64,000 bases of DNA from Alphaproteobacteria bacterium (GCA_046582635.1 JAYGEA010000056.1:957-64956), one strand, 5' to 3'. Positions 41,662 to 54,092 are shown, counted from the stretch's first letter. The notes: generated from the letters alone by a model not told the origin. Numbers and translations: made by a program.

Positions 41662-43305
41662 GTGACCGATCAGAAAACGGTGGACGAATGGCCTGAAGAG
41701 GAAGCGGCAGGGGACGCCCCCCGAAAAAATCTACGGGGGCTGCGGCCACGGGCGGCGAGAGGTCTGCACTTGCAACAGATCGATGAACCGGATGACGGGG
41801 ATATTTACGCGGGTATCGGCACCGAACTGCGGGCCGAACGCCAGCGCCGGCAATTGTCCATTGCCGATGTTTCCACCACATTGCGCATACAGAAGTCGCA
41901 TTTATCGGCCTTGGAAGAAGGCCGGACCGATGACCTGCCGGGGCCGACTTATGCCATTGGCTTTCTGCGCACCTATGCTGAGTTCCTTGGCCTGGATGGC
42001 GAGGAAATCATTCGCCAATACAAACGCGAGGAAACCCTTGTACCGGGCTCCCGCCGCCTGAACTTCCCCGAACCGGTGGAGGAAGCCCGCCGGCCCGGTC
42101 TGACCCTGGCCTTGATTTCACTGATTATCGCCGGTGCCGTCTATGGCGGTTGGATTTTCCTGGAGCGGCGGGGTCTGCTGCCCATTGAAATCGTTTCCGA
42201 GCCGCCGCAACGTCTGGCGCCCTATCAGACCGCCGCAAAATCGCCAACGCCCCCGGCTTTCAAGCCGGCGGCGACCGAGGTTGCCCCAACCGTCGGTCCA
42301 ACCGTCAATGCAACTGCCCCCCAGGTCAAAACGGTGGAAACGCCTGAAACCGGGTCGGGGGAGGCCGTGAAAGAGGCCGCCGTGGTTACCAAGACCGCGA
42401 CAGCTGCACCGCCGCTGACGGAGACGGCGCGGCAAGGTGCCACTGAAAAGGCTGGGCCGGGCGCGGGCGAACGCGCCGCCGCCGCCGACGTCAGCGGCCT
42501 GGCCAACACCAATGAGCCAACGATCACCGTAACCCCGAAATATTCTCGGGAAATTTCACGGAAAACGCCCCCGGAAACAAGAGTTGTCGAGGCCTTGACC
42601 GCCAATCCCGCCCATCAAGACCCGAGCCTTTCAAACGAAGTCCCAGTGACGACAGCGGTGACGATAGCGGCGGCGGAAAAGATGCCCGGGCCGGCCGCGG
42701 TCGAGGTCAAGGTCGCCGCCGCGCCCCCGACAGTTGTTCAACCCGCGTCGACCCGGCCATCGGCCCTGCCCGATACCTCCCCCATGCCGCCGCCCATACA
42801 GCACGGGCGCGAGGGCAGCGATGTGGACACCGCCCCGACCATGCCGGCAATTCAGGCCGCCATTGCCCCGCCACCGCCGCCCGCGGCACCCGCCGCGCCG
42901 ACCCGGCCCGTGGCGGAGGGTGGTGGGGATACCGCCGCCAGCGGCGATGAAGGCCGCGCCTCCCTGGCCACGGCGGCCGAAAGCCTGGGCTATCGCCCGC
43001 AAGCCTATGGCGCCGCCAATCGTGATGTACGGGTTGTGCTGCGCGCCCGGGCGGAATCCTGGGTTCAGGTCCAGGGCGCCAACAACGAGCTGTTGCTGAC
43101 CCGCATGCTGCGCCCCGGCGACAGCTATCACGCCCCAAACCGGACCGATCTGGTGCTGATGACCGGCAACGCCGGCGCGATCGAAATTATAGTCGATGGC
43201 GAGGCCCTGGGCACCCTGGGGCCAATGGGCCAGGTGCGCCGCAATATCAAATTGAACGCGGACCATCTGCGCGGAGAATTGCACGCGCCGGGCAATAACC
43301 AATAG
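41662..43305 (+). CDS. rodZ: RodZ-like cytoskeleton protein (HTH_XRE + TM + long P/A/T-rich linker + C-terminal DUF4115)
   Basis: 547 aa. HTH-like segment QLSIADVSTTLRIQKSHLSALEEG, a single TM helix, and a C-terminal DUF4115-like block. Immediately upstream of ispG, as in E. coli. Confidence 0.65.
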   Translation: MTDQKTVDEWPEEEAAGDAPRKNLRGLRPRAARGLHLQQIDEPDDGDIYAGIGTELRAERQRRQLSIADVSTTLRIQKSHLSALEEGRTDDLPGPTYAIGFLRTYAEFLGLDGEEIIRQYKREETLVPGSRRLNFPEPVEEARRPGLTLALISLIIAGAVYGGWIFLERRGLLPIEIVSEPPQRLAPYQTAAKSPTPPAFKPAATEVAPTVGPTVNATAPQVKTVETPETGSGEAVKEAAVVTKTATAAPPLTETARQGATEKAGPGAGERAAAADVSGLANTNEPTITVTPKYSREISRKTPPETRVVEALTANPAHQDPSLSNEVPVTTAVTIAAAEKMPGPAAVEVKVAAAPPTVVQPASTRPSALPDTSPMPPPIQHGREGSDVDTAPTMPAIQAAIAPPPPPAAPAAPTRPVAEGGGDTAASGDEGRASLATAAESLGYRPQAYGAANRDVRVVLRARAESWVQVQGANNELLLTRMLRPGDSYHAPNRTDLVLMTGNAGAIEIIVDGEALGTLGPMGQVRRNIKLNADHLRGELHAPGNNQ

Positions 43306-43457
43306 CCGCGATCAATTGACTTGAGCCATAGACGTTTGTGAATCTTTTCTTGATCCGGCCTGTTATCGGCGGCAAATTATTGCTATTGCATCCTGCGCCA
43401 ACGCCCGGTCCTTCGGGCGATGTGTCAATTGTCCGAGATAATTTCCGAGATGTTGTC

Positions 43458-44555
43458 ATGAGCCTACGTCCCTATCGAGATATTTACCGCCGTTCCTGCC
43501 GCCAGGTCATGGTGGGCGGCGTTGCCGTGGGCGGTGAGGCCCCCATCACCGTGCAGTCCATGACCACCACGCCCACCCATGACGCGGCCGCCACCGTGGC
43601 CCAGGTGAAGGCGCTGGAAGAGGCCGGGGCTGATATCGTCCGGGTCTCCTGCCCGGACCAGGCGTCCACCGCCGCTCTGCGCGATATCGTTGATCAGACC
43701 AGCGTGCCAATCGTGGCCGACATTCATTTTCACTATAAGCGCGCCCTGGAAGCGGCCGAAAACGGTGCCGCCTGCCTGCGCATCAACCCAGGCAACATCG
43801 GCGCCGAAAGCCGCGTGCGCGAAGTGGTGGCCGCGGCCCGCGCCAACGGCTGTTCCATGCGCATCGGCGTCAATGCCGGCAGCCTGGAAAAGGAATTATT
43901 GGAACGCTACGGCGAACCCTGCCCCGAGGCCATGGTGGAAAGCGCCTTGAACCATGCCCGCTTGTTGGAAGACAACAACTTCGGTGATTTCAAGATCTCC
44001 GTGAAGGCATCGGACGTCTTTTTGTGCGTTGCCGCCTATCACGCCCTGGCCGAGGCCTGCGATTATCCCCTGCATCTTGGCATTACCGAGGCCGGCGCCC
44101 TACGCGGGGGCACGGTAAAATCCTCCATCGGGCTGGGCAGTCTGCTGTGGGCCGGGATCGGCGATACCATTCGGGTATCGCTCTCCGCCGATCCGGTGGA
44201 AGAAGTGCATGCCGGATTTGAAATTTTAAAGTCCCTTGGTCTGCGCCATCGCGGCGTGTCCATTATTTCGTGCCCGTCCTGCGCCCGGCAGGCCTTTCCG
44301 GTGATCAAGACGGTGGAGGCCCTCGAGAAACGCTTGGCGCATATCACCACGCCCTTGACCCTGTCGATCATGGGCTGCGTGGTCAATGGCCCCGGCGAGG
44401 CGCGGGAGACCGATATCGGGGTAACGGGCGGCGGCAAGGGCACCCATCTGGTATATTTGAGCGGCGTTGCCGATCATAAAATCGGCGACGACGGCTTCGT
44501 CGATCATGTGGTTAAACTGGTCGAGGCCAAGGTTGCCGAAATGCAGGCGGAGTGA
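43458..44555 (+). CDS. ispG: 4-hydroxy-3-methylbut-2-en-1-yl diphosphate synthase (flavodoxin) IspG/GcpE
   Basis: [16 protein letters not shown]-terminus and a C-terminal Cys cluster for the 4Fe-4S centre (CPSCAR...GCVVNGPGE). Confidence 0.9.
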   Translation: MSLRPYRDIYRRSCRQVMVGGVAVGGEAPITVQSMTTTPTHDAAATVAQVKALEEAGADIVRVSCPDQASTAALRDIVDQTSVPIVADIHFHYKRALEAAENGAACLRINPGNIGAESRVREVVAAARANGCSMRIGVNAGSLEKELLERYGEPCPEAMVESALNHARLLEDNNFGDFKISVKASDVFLCVAAYHALAEACDYPLHLGITEAGALRGGTVKSSIGLGSLLWAGIGDTIRVSLSADPVEEVHAGFEILKSLGLRHRGVSIISCPSCARQAFPVIKTVEALEKRLAHITTPLTLSIMGCVVNGPGEARETDIGVTGGGKGTHLVYLSGVADHKIGDDGFVDHVVKLVEAKVAEMQAE

Positions 44556-44561
44556 AGACCG

Positions 44562-45809
44562 ATGGCCAAGGTTCAACCGGTACGCGGCACCCATGACATT
44601 GTCGGCGAGACGGCGGCCCGCCACGGCCATGTGGTGGCGACGGCGCGGGATTGCGCCCGCCGCTTTGGCTTTGGCGATATTGATGTGCCCATTTTCGAAT
44701 TCACGCCGATCTTTGCCCGCACCATGGGGGAAGGCTCGGACGTGGTGCGCAAGGAGATGTACTCCTTCACCGATCGCGGTGGCGAGGACATCACCCTGCG
44801 GCCGGAATTTACCGCCGGCATCTGCCGCGCCTTTATCTCCAACGGCATGCAGCAGGATCTGCCCCTGAAGTTTTTCGCCCACGGCCCGGCCTTTCGCTAT
44901 GAAAGGCCGCAAAAGGGCCGCCAGCGCCAGTTCCATCAGATCGATGCCGAGATCCTGGGCGTCGAAGGCCCCGGCGCGGATATTGAGATCATCACCCTGG
45001 GCGCCGAAATTCTGCATGATCTGGGCGTTCTGGACAGCTGCGTGCTGGAACTGAACACCTTGGGCGATCCGGACAGCCGGAAAGGTTACCGCGACGCCTT
45101 GGTGACGTATTTCTCCGATCATAGGGCGCAATTGTCCGAGGACTCCATCGACCGGCTGGGCCGTAACCCCTTGCGCATTCTCGATTCCAAGGACGAAGGG
45201 GACCAGAAAATTGTCGTCGATGCGCCCTTGATGGCGGAATTCCTGAACCCGGAGAGCCAGGACTTTTTCGCCGCCGTCCGCGCCGGGTTGGATGTGCTGG
45301 AAATCGCATACAATTTGAACCCGCGTTTGGTCCGCGGCCTGGATTACTATACCCACACCGCATTTGAATTCGTCACCGATGCCCTTGGTGCCCAGGGCGC
45401 GGTGATCGCCGGCGGCCGCTATGACGGCCTGATCAAGATGCTGGGCGGCCCGCCCACGCCGGGCATCGGCTGGGCGGGAGGCGTTGAACGCCTTGCCATG
45501 CTGGCCGCCCATGCCCCCGAACCCGACCGCCCCATTGCCTTTGTACCCATGGGCGAGGCGGCGGAGAAAATTGCCCTGAAAATGTGCCACGGCCTGCGCC
45601 GGGATGGCTTTGTCGTGGACATGGCCTTTCGCGGCAATTTGAGCCGGCGGTTGAAACGGGCCAACAAGGTGAATGCCCGCGCGGCCCTGATCCTGGGCGA
45701 TGATGAAATTGCCAAGGGCATCATCACCCTGCGCGATCTGGATGCCGGGGGACAACAAGACGTGGCCCTGGACGATGTCGCCGCCCATCTGCGATTGTTG
45801 CCGTCATGA
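44562..45809 (+). CDS. hisS: Histidine--tRNA ligase
   Basis: Class II aaRS motifs and the anticodon-binding domain. Confidence 0.9.
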   Translation: MAKVQPVRGTHDIVGETAARHGHVVATARDCARRFGFGDIDVPIFEFTPIFARTMGEGSDVVRKEMYSFTDRGGEDITLRPEFTAGICRAFISNGMQQDLPLKFFAHGPAFRYERPQKGRQRQFHQIDAEILGVEGPGADIEIITLGAEILHDLGVLDSCVLELNTLGDPDSRKGYRDALVTYFSDHRAQLSEDSIDRLGRNPLRILDSKDEGDQKIVVDAPLMAEFLNPESQDFFAAVRAGLDVLEIAYNLNPRLVRGLDYYTHTAFEFVTDALGAQGAVIAGGRYDGLIKMLGGPPTPGIGWAGGVERLAMLAAHAPEPDRPIAFVPMGEAAEKIALKMCHGLRRDGFVVDMAFRGNLSRRLKRANKVNARAALILGDDEIAKGIITLRDLDAGGQQDVALDDVAAHLRLLPS

Positions 45810-46885
45810 TTGGCGAAGAACAAATAGACGGCATCCTCAAACGCCTGGCAGAGCTTGAAGCCACCATGGCGGCGGGCGGCGACAGCGAAGTTTTCGTCCG
45901 CCTGTCCAAGGACTATGCCGAATTGGCGCCCGTGGCCAAGACGGCCCGGGCGGTGCGGGAACTACGCATGGAAATCGCCGATCTGGGCGGCATGGTGGCC
46001 GACCCGGACAGCGATGACGAGATGCGGGCCTTGGCGACCGAGGAAATGGCGGCGGCGCGGGAACGCCTGCCGGCATTGGAAGGGGACCTGCAGCTGGCCA
46101 TGCTGCCCCGCGATGCGGCCGACACAAAGAATGCCATATTGGAAATTCGGGCCGGTACGGGCGGTGATGAAGCGGCCCTGTTCGCGGCCGATTTGTTGCG
46201 CATGTATCAACGCTATGCCGAGATCAGCGGCTGGAAGTTCGAGCTGATGGATTTGAGCGGTTCCGATCTGGGCGGTATTCGTGACGCGGTGGCATCCATC
46301 AGCGGGCGGGGCGTGTTCGCGAAACTGAAGTTCGAATCCGGGGTGCATCGGGTCCAACGGGTGCCGGAAACGGAATCCCAGGGCCGCATTCATACCTCCG
46401 CCGCCACCGTCGCCGTGCTGCCCGAGGCGGAGGAGATCGACGTGGAGATCAATCCATCCGACCTGCGCGTAGATACCTACCGGGCCCAGGGGGCCGGCGG
46501 TCAGCACGTCAACAAGACCGACTCGGCCATTCGCATCACCCATCTGCCCACGGGCATCGTGGTGCAATGCCAGGACAACAAATCCCAGCACAAGAACCGC
46601 GCCAAGGCCATGAAGGTGTTGCGCGCGCGCATGTACGATGTGGAGCGGCAAAAGATCGATGGGGAGCGCGCCGCCGACCGCAAGGAACAGGTCGGCAGCG
46701 GCGACCGTTCGGAACGCATCCGCACCTATAACTTCCCCCAAGGCCGGGTCACCGACCACCGCATCAACCTGACTTTGTACAAGCTGGACAAAATGATGAG
46801 CGGCGAGGCGGTGGACGAGGTGGTGGACGCCCTGATCGCCGATCACCAGGCCAGTTTACTGGCCGATTTGGAATCCCATGGCTAA
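45806..46885 (+). CDS. prfA: Peptide chain release factor 1
   Basis: GGQ motif ([13 protein letters not shown]) and RF-1 PxT region. ATGA overlap with hisS. Confidence 0.95.
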   Translation: MIGEEQIDGILKRLAELEATMAAGGDSEVFVRLSKDYAELAPVAKTARAVRELRMEIADLGGMVADPDSDDEMRALATEEMAAARERLPALEGDLQLAMLPRDAADTKNAILEIRAGTGGDEAALFAADLLRMYQRYAEISGWKFELMDLSGSDLGGIRDAVASISGRGVFAKLKFESGVHRVQRVPETESQGRIHTSAATVAVLPEAEEIDVEINPSDLRVDTYRAQGAGGQHVNKTDSAIRITHLPTGIVVQCQDNKSQHKNRAKAMKVLRARMYDVERQKIDGERAADRKEQVGSGDRSERIRTYNFPQGRVTDHRINLTLYKLDKMMSGEAVDEVVDALIADHQASLLADLESHG

Positions 46886-47771
46886 TGGCAATAGTGCTCA
46901 GGGCTGTGTCGCCGCGCCAAGTTTGACCCTGCGCCAGGCCTTGGCGGCCGCCGGCCGGGATCTGGCCGCCGCCAACATTGAAGACCCCCTATTGGATGCC
47001 GCCTTGTTGCTGGCCCATGCGGTCGGCGGCGACCGGCTGACCCTGATCCGGGATGGGGAAAGGACGCTCGACCTTTCGGAGGCGCAGGCGTTTGCCGGGC
47101 TGATCACCGCCCGGGCGGCGGGCAAGCCGGTCTCGCGCCTGCGGGGCCGGCGAGAATTCTGGAGCCTTGATCTGGCGATCGATGAGGACGTCCTGGACCC
47201 GCGCCCCGATAGTGAAACTGCCGTTGCGGCCGGCCTCGAGCTGCTTGCCGACGTGGATGGCGCTTACCGCATCGCCGATTTTGGTACCGGTTCGGGCTGC
47301 CTGCTTCTCGCCTTATTGGTGGAACGGCCAGGGGCTTGGGGTATCGGCGTGGATATCTCGCCCCCCGCCGCCCGGATCGCCAGACGCAATGCCGAGGACC
47401 TGGCCTTGTCCGGGCGGGCCCATTTCATCACCGGGGACTGGGGCGAGTCATTGGCGCCGGGGTTTGATCTGATCGTCGCCAACCCGCCCTATATCCCATC
47501 GGCCGATATCGCCCATTTGGCGCCGGAGGTTCGCTGCCACGACCCGGCCCTGGCGCTGGACGGCGGCGGCGACGGCATGACGGCCTACCGGGCCCTGGCC
47601 CCCGGCCTGAAGCGATTGTTGAAAGCATCCGGCCAGGCGGTGCTGGAATGCGGCCATGATCAGGCCGCCGGGCTGGCGGAGGTCCTGGTCGCGGCGGGAT
47701 TGCGTTTCGAAGGGGTTCACGCGGATTTGGCGGGCCTGGACCGCTGTGTGCGGGTATCAAGGGGGCAGTAA
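46878..47771 (+). CDS. prmC: Release factor glutamine methyltransferase PrmC (HemK)
   Basis: NPPY catalytic motif. Overlaps prfA. Confidence 0.85.
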   Translation: MANGNSAQGCVAAPSLTLRQALAAAGRDLAAANIEDPLLDAALLLAHAVGGDRLTLIRDGERTLDLSEAQAFAGLITARAAGKPVSRLRGRREFWSLDLAIDEDVLDPRPDSETAVAAGLELLADVDGAYRIADFGTGSGCLLLALLVERPGAWGIGVDISPPAARIARRNAEDLALSGRAHFITGDWGESLAPGFDLIVANPPYIPSADIAHLAPEVRCHDPALALDGGGDGMTAYRALAPGLKRLLKASGQAVLECGHDQAAGLAEVLVAAGLRFEGVHADLAGLDRCVRVSRGQ

Positions 47772-48155
47772 AAAAAGTGTTGGTTTTTTAACTCATAAGG
47801 GCTAGTTTCCTTTGCGAACGGCAAGGAACGACCGCCGCGCCAGCAAGACCGGATCATAAAGATCAACTGGCGTGACCGGACGGGCGGTTCCCAAAAAAAG
47901 ACATACCCACATTGCAGACCGGAAATCTGAGGCCCACCCTTTAAGTTCAAGGGTTACATTTAAGGCCTAAACAACAGACAACCTATCGGCAGACGGCATG
48001 TCTTGGTTCGATTGAAGGCATCGGCGAGATTTTCGGCCGCTGGAATTCCGGCGGTTGGAGTGCGGTAAATTTGCTGCATGTGGAATTTGGCCGGCGCGTC
48101 GATCATGGGGACCCTGAATTGGCGTTCAATTGTGGAAATAACTAATGACGGTGCT

Positions 48156-48953
48156 ATGAGACAGAGCGGACCTCAAAGACGGGGACGTGGCCGTCCCAGC
48201 GGTCGCAGGGGATTTAACAACCCCCCCAATAGAAGCTATGACAGCAACGGACCGGAAGTGAAAATCCGGGGCACCGCGTCGACGGTCTATGAAAAATACC
48301 AGGCCTTGGCGCGGGACGCGACAACATCGGGCGACCGGGTGGCGGCGGAAAATTATTTTCAGCACGCCGAACATTACTATCGCGTCCTGCAAGCGACGAA
48401 GCCGCCGCAGCCGGCCGGTGAAGGTGATCAGCGTGGTGATCAGCGAAATGATCAACGTGGCGATCAGCGCGATAACCGGGGCCACAGTCAGCAAAATGAT
48501 CAACAGAATAGGGACGTCCGCGACAATGATGCCCGCGACGATGACGCCTCGACGGGCGCCGATGACGAAGTCGTCGAGGTAACCGGCGAAGCATCTGGTT
48601 CGGCAACGCAAGCCGAGGCAACGCACCTAGACGAGCCGGTCGTGGATGCCGCAGATACCGGGGCCATTGGCGTCGATAAGGACCAGGAACGCGCGATGCC
48701 GATGAACCCGGCGGAACTGGCGGCCATGTCGGAAAGCGGCCGTGGCGCCCGTCCAACGGCAGAGCCTCAAGCGACCGAGCACAGCACCGCCTTGCAAGAC
48801 TCCAATGGCTCGGATAATGACGGCGAAACGGCCGCGCCCGCCCCCCGCCGGCAACCACGCCGCCGCCGCCGCCCCGCGGCTGAAGCCGTTGCGGCCAAGG
48901 CCGACGAAGCATCCGCACCCGAGCCCGTGGTGGAAGACGTGGAACCTAGCTGA
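48156..48953 (+). CDS. DUF4167 domain-containing protein (alphaproteobacterial), basic N-terminus, acidic repeat-rich C-terminus
   Basis: Conserved N-terminal block RGRGRP...SNGPEVKIRGTASTVYEKYQALARDA...GDRVAAENYFQHAEHYYR. Contains a G-D-Q-R repeat array. Confidence 0.6.
   Translation: MRQSGPQRRGRGRPSGRRGFNNPPNRSYDSNGPEVKIRGTASTVYEKYQALARDATTSGDRVAAENYFQHAEHYYRVLQATKPPQPAGEGDQRGDQRNDQRGDQRDNRGHSQQNDQQNRDVRDNDARDDDASTGADDEVVEVTGEASGSATQAEATHLDEPVVDAADTGAIGVDKDQERAMPMNPAELAAMSESGRGARPTAEPQATEHSTALQDSNGSDNDGETAAPAPRRQPRRRRRPAAEAVAAKADEASAPEPVVEDVEPS
48423..48482 (+). repeat. 12-bp tandem repeat array (GGTGATCAGCGT x4-5) inside the DUF4167 gene
   Basis: Encodes GDQRGDQRNDQRGDQRDNRG. Confidence 0.6.
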
Positions 48954-49139
48954 CAGCCCTCGGCGTCACGGTTCTTGGGATTTGGCAGCCTTCGGGGTGC
49001 CCACTGTCGGGGTGACGCCCATCAGCGTGCCACCCGTCAGATCAAACAGCCCAAAATTGGCATCAATTTTCGGCTGATAATTTGATCTAATTCAATGCGT
49101 TAACGCAACTTATCTGCGTTCAAAAGAACGCAGGTTGCG

Positions 49140-49895
49140 CTAGGGCGCGGTAACGGTATCGCCCGGCCTTATGGTGCCGCCCTTAACAACGTCGATGTAG
49201 ATGCCCATGTCCCCGTGGCCGAAAGCCCGTTGCAATTGCAGGGGGATATTGGCATCCCGGGCGGCGGTTTCCAGATTTACGTTGGTCGCGGCACAACGTT
49301 CAATCCGCGACAGGCCCTTGACCGTTACGTCGCCAATCTGAAATTCCTTGCCGCACCAATCGAACTCCTGCCATGGCATGCCGGTGTCGAAATACAGATT
49401 GGCGCGAAACCGCAAGGGGTCCAGGGGTACCTTCATGACCCGCTCCAGCTCCCGCAATGAGGAAATGTTGACCAGCGAGAGACAATGGCGCGGCACATCG
49501 GAAAAGGTATGCTCCCGGGCGCGGAGCAGTTTCGGGCTGCCCCGCACCTCGTCCGCCATAAAGGCGGCGAAGAATTGCTCGATCATCTGCCGGCCCACGG
49601 GCAGATCGAGGCGGCCGCGGGCCACCTGTTTGCCATCGCGCTCAATCACCAGTTCCTTGGTGTCGTCCAGATAGCGGCTGCGAAGGGCGGCCAAACGCTC
49701 GTTGCGGGCCAGCATCAGAAATTTCGTCTTGGGCAAAAACTTTGGCTTCGCCGTATCGAATTGGGTCGAACCATGGGCCAGGGCAAAAGCCCGGTCCAAG
49801 GGAATGCAGCGGCCCGGCGTCAATTGGGCCGCTGTCATGGCTTCCGGGCTTAATCCTTTCACCGGGTAACGGAATATCTGCGCGATACGGCTCAT
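49140..49895 (-). CDS. MOSC domain-containing protein (YcbX-like)
   Basis: 251 aa with a MOSC beta-barrel N-terminus (RYPVKGL) and the conserved Cys. Confidence 0.7.
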   Translation of the reverse strand: MSRIAQIFRYPVKGLSPEAMTAAQLTPGRCIPLDRAFALAHGSTQFDTAKPKFLPKTKFLMLARNERLAALRSRYLDDTKELVIERDGKQVARGRLDLPVGRQMIEQFFAAFMADEVRGSPKLLRAREHTFSDVPRHCLSLVNISSLRELERVMKVPLDPLRFRANLYFDTGMPWQEFDWCGKEFQIGDVTVKGLSRIERCAATNVNLETAARDANIPLQLQRAFGHGDMGIYIDVVKGGTIRPGDTVTAP

Positions 49896-50083
49896 GGTGG
49901 TCCCGTTTAATGCGGTTCTTGGGTCTTGTGTTGCGCATGGGCAACACCATATTCAGAAAGTGTTACAAGCTCCTGTGGTTGCTTCATAGAAGGACCGGGG
50001 ATTAACTGCAAGGCGTTGATTACAGGCCCTCTTTTAGGGTTGTATGAGGCGTGCTTGTACCTTGGTACTAGAAGGATGACAGC

Positions 50084-52684
50084 ATGGATTTTGAAAAGTA
50101 CACGGAACGCAGCCGTGGTTTCGTGCAGACGGCCCAAACCCTGGCGCAACGGGCCGGGCATCAGCAATTCACCCCGCAACATCTGCTCAAGGTCCTGCTC
50201 GACGATGACGAGGGCATGGCCACCGCGCTGATCGCGGCGGCGGGGGGCGATGGCGCCCTGGCCCGTCAGCTCAACGAGGATGCACTGGCGAAACTGCCAA
50301 AAGTGGAAGGCAGCGGTGCGGGACAGCTTTATATGGCGCCCGAAACCGGGCGGCTTTTTGAACAGGCCGAGGATATTGCCGATAAAGCCGGCGACAGCTA
50401 TGTCACGGCGGAACGTCTGATCCTCGCCCTGGCTCTGGCCACCTCCACCCCGGCGGCCGCCGCGCTGGGAAAAGCCGGCCTGACGCCGCAGAAACTGAAC
50501 AGCGCCATCAACGATTTGCGCAAGGGCCGCACGGCCGACAGCGCCACGGCGGAAAACGCCTATGACGCCCTGAAGAAATACGCCCGCGACCTGACCGAGG
50601 CGGCGCGGGAGGGCAAGCTGGATCCGGTGATTGGCCGGGACGAGGAAATCCGCCGTACGGTGCAGGTGCTCTCGCGCCGGACCAAGAACAATCCCGTACT
50701 GATCGGCGAACCCGGCGTGGGTAAAACGGCCATTGTCGAGGGTCTGGCCATTCGCATTATCAACGGCGATGTGCCCGAAAGTCTGCAGAACAAAAGCCTG
50801 CTGGTCCTCGACCTGGGCGCCCTGATCGCGGGGGCCAAATTTCGCGGCGAGTTCGAGGAGCGGTTGAAGGCCGTACTTTCGGAGGTTGAGGCGGCGGCGG
50901 GCGAAATCGTCCTGTTCATTGACGAATTGCACACCCTTGTGGGCACCGGCGCGGCGGAGGGCAGCATGGATGCCTCCAACCTGTTGAAGCCGGCCCTGGC
51001 GCGGGGCGAGCTGCATTGCGTCGGGGCCACGACCCTGGATGAATACCGCAAGCATATTGAAAAGGATGCCGCCCTGGCGCGCCGCTTCCAACCGGTCATG
51101 GTGCTGGAGCCGAGCGTGGAAGACACCATTTCCATCCTGCGCGGCCTGAACGAGAAGTATGAATTGCACCACGGCGTGCGCATCTCCGACGGCGCCCTGG
51201 TGGCCGCCGCGACACTGTCCAACCGCTACATCGCGGATCGTTTCCTGCCCGACAAGGCAATTGATCTGATGGACGAGGCGGCCAGCCGTATCCGCATGGA
51301 AGTGGATTCCAAGCCGGAGGAAATTGACGAGCTGGACCGGCGCATCATCCAGTTGAAGATCGAGCGCGAGGCCCTGAAGAAAGAAGATGACGATGCCTCG
51401 GCCGAGCGTCTGGGAAAACTGCAGAGCGAACTGGCCGATCTGGAAAGCCGCTCGACCGCGCTGACCGCCGCCTGGCAGGGGGAAAAAGATAAACTCAACG
51501 AGGCCCAGGATCTCAAGGAACAGCTTGAGCATGCCCGCATGGAGGCCGAGGCGGCCCAACGCCAGGGCGATCTGGGCCGAGCTTCGGAGCTGACCTATGG
51601 CTTCATTCCGGACCTGAACAAGCGTATAGCCGAGGCCGAGTCCATCGGCGCAAATGGCGCGGGACACATGCTGCGCGAAGTGGTGGGCGAGGAAGACATC
51701 GCCGCCGTGGTGGCGCGGTGGACCGGCATTCCGGTGGAGAAAATGCTGGCCGGCGAGCGTGACAAGCTCCTCGCCATGGAACAGCGCCTGGGCGAGCGCG
51801 TGATCGGCCAGGGGGAGGCCTTGGCCGCCGTCTCCAACGCCGTGCGCCGGGCCCGGGCCGGCTTGCAGGACCCTTCCCGGCCCATTGGATCGTTTCTGTT
51901 TCTGGGGCCCACCGGCGTCGGCAAGACCGAATTATGCAAGGCCCTGGCGGAATTTCTGTTTGATGACGAGGGGGCCATGACCCGCATCGATATGTCGGAA
52001 TATATGGAGAAGCACGCCGTGGCCCGCCTGATCGGCGCGCTGCCCGGATACGTGGGCTATGACGAGGGCGGCGCCCTGACGGAAGCCGTGCGCCGCCGGC
52101 CCTTTCAGGTCATATTGTTCGACGAGGTGGAAAAGGCCCACGGCGATGTCTTCAACGTATTATTGCAGGTGCTGGACGACGGCCGCATGACCGACGGCCA
52201 GGGCCGCACGGTGGATTTCACCAATTCCATCATCGTGCTGACCTCCAACCTGGGCGCCGAACATCTTGCCGCCCTGGGCGAGGATGAAGACTCGGACGCC
52301 GCCCGCGACAGCGTCATGGCCATGGTACAGGCGCATTTCAGGCCTGAATTCCTCAACCGCCTGGACGAGACCCTGTTGTTCCACCGCCTGGCCCGGGAAC
52401 ACATGGGCAGTATCGTCGATATCCAGCTGCGCCACCTCACGGCGCTTTTGGCCGACCGGCAATTGACCCTGTCCCTGGACGCCCCGGCCCGCGACTGGCT
52501 GGCCAAGGCCGGTTATGACCGGGTCTACGGCGCCCGCCCCCTGAAGCGGGTGATCCAACGGCAATTGCAGAACCCCCTGGCGAGCCTGATTTTGGAGGGC
52601 GCCATCACGGATGGCGAGACTATCAATGTTTCGGCCACCGATGGCGGCTTGACCATTAACGACAGGCTGGTGGCGGCGGCATAG
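50084..52684 (+). CDS. clpB: ATP-dependent chaperone ClpB
   Basis: 866 aa. Two AAA+ modules (GEPGVGKT; GPTGVGKT), a coiled-coil middle domain and the ClpB N-domain. Confidence 0.95.
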   Translation: MDFEKYTERSRGFVQTAQTLAQRAGHQQFTPQHLLKVLLDDDEGMATALIAAAGGDGALARQLNEDALAKLPKVEGSGAGQLYMAPETGRLFEQAEDIADKAGDSYVTAERLILALALATSTPAAAALGKAGLTPQKLNSAINDLRKGRTADSATAENAYDALKKYARDLTEAAREGKLDPVIGRDEEIRRTVQVLSRRTKNNPVLIGEPGVGKTAIVEGLAIRIINGDVPESLQNKSLLVLDLGALIAGAKFRGEFEERLKAVLSEVEAAAGEIVLFIDELHTLVGTGAAEGSMDASNLLKPALARGELHCVGATTLDEYRKHIEKDAALARRFQPVMVLEPSVEDTISILRGLNEKYELHHGVRISDGALVAAATLSNRYIADRFLPDKAIDLMDEAASRIRMEVDSKPEEIDELDRRIIQLKIEREALKKEDDDASAERLGKLQSELADLESRSTALTAAWQGEKDKLNEAQDLKEQLEHARMEAEAAQRQGDLGRASELTYGFIPDLNKRIAEAESIGANGAGHMLREVVGEEDIAAVVARWTGIPVEKMLAGERDKLLAMEQRLGERVIGQGEALAAVSNAVRRARAGLQDPSRPIGSFLFLGPTGVGKTELCKALAEFLFDDEGAMTRIDMSEYMEKHAVARLIGALPGYVGYDEGGALTEAVRRRPFQVILFDEVEKAHGDVFNVLLQVLDDGRMTDGQGRTVDFTNSIIVLTSNLGAEHLAALGEDEDSDAARDSVMAMVQAHFRPEFLNRLDETLLFHRLAREHMGSIVDIQLRHLTALLADRQLTLSLDAPARDWLAKAGYDRVYGARPLKRVIQRQLQNPLASLILEGAITDGETINVSATDGGLTINDRLVAAA

Positions 52685-52735
52685 GTAAAGCGGGACCCCG
52701 GGCCGGCGATAATCCGCCGAAATTTGAATCTAATT

Positions 52736-54026
52736 TTAGGCTGTTTGATCTTGGGATCGCTGCGCCAACAGCCGCGCGGCGACGATTGCCGCCAAGGCCA
52801 AAAGCGCGAACAGGGCGCTGAGAATAAAACCATGGCCGGCAGCTCTAAATCCAGCAGCCAGCCGAACAGGACGGAGGCGATCAAAACCCCTATCGAATAG
52901 CCGACGAAGACAAAGCCAAATACCTTGCCGGGTTCCCCCGGCGGAATGACGGCGCGGATCATCAAATCCCGTGGCGGCAGAATGGCGCCGAGGCCGAGGC
53001 CGCTGACAACCATGATGGCAATTAACAGAGGCGGCGAAGTCGGCGCGAACGCGGCTAACATCGTTGCCACCGCCGCCAGACCCAGGGCGCCCGCCGCCGT
53101 GATCAAATGTCGCCCGAAACGATCGGCAATAACACCGGCCAGCAGGATGCCGCCGACCACGCCGAACAAATGGCCGGTCAGGGCGGCGCTGGCCAGATCC
53201 AAATTTAGGCCATGCAGGTTTTTCAACCCCGTGATGGTGAATGCCAACAGTCCGTCGCTGGCCATGCCGTAGAGAATATTGAAACCCAGGAACAACAAGA
53301 TCGGCGCGGTCAACAGCAGACGCAACCCGGATGGCGCGGCGCCACCCCCCCCGGCGCCAAGGCCGGCGGCCGGGCATCCCGGTCACCCAGAACGCTGTAT
53401 CGCGATGCCACCAGCAACAACGCCAATAGGCCCGCTGTTCCCGACACGATCAGGGCGGTGCGCCAATCGAACAATTCCGCCAGCGCCAATATGGCCAGGG
53501 GCGCACAAGCCCCGCCCAGGAAGCCGGAAAAGGTGTGGTTGGAATAGGCCTGGCCCAAGCGGCTTTCATGAATGATGTTGGACAGAATGGCATAGTCGGC
53601 CGGGTGAAAGACGCTGTTGCCAAGGCCAGCAATGACCGCGAACAGCAACAACATCCAATACTGATCGGCAAATCCCATCAGCAAGATAGCCACGGCATTC
53701 AATCCCAGGCCGCACAGCAGAACCCGGCGCGGGCCCAGGCTGTCAACCAGAAAGCCCACCGGTGCCTGGACGATGCCGCCCAGCAAACCATAGGCCATCA
53801 TGGCCATGCCTAGTTCCATATAGCTGACACCGAATTCAGCCTTCAGCAGCGGAAACAGCGGCGGCAGGACCAGGGCATAGAAATGGCTCAGGTAATGCCC
53901 GATGCCGATAAGGCCCAATACCCACCGCTCGCACGCCCGCGGCGCCTCGTCGGGCGCTTGGCGTCCAATACGGTCAACCAGAGTGGTCACGCTAACTTCC
54001 TTTACAACAGGCGGGGTAGATATCAA
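52736..54026 (-). pseudogene. MFS transporter, disrupted by two frameshifts (one at a G8 homopolymer, 53345-53352)
   Basis: An MFS-like N-terminal half (53310-54026) and C-terminal half sit in different frames. The final TM helix is in a third frame. Either a pseudogene or homopolymer sequencing errors. Confidence 0.55.
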
Positions 54027-54092
54027 TAAACCGGCGTCGTCGTCGCGTTCAACAGGCCCTCAACAGAGGTTTTACGGGCGTTTCATATCGTA

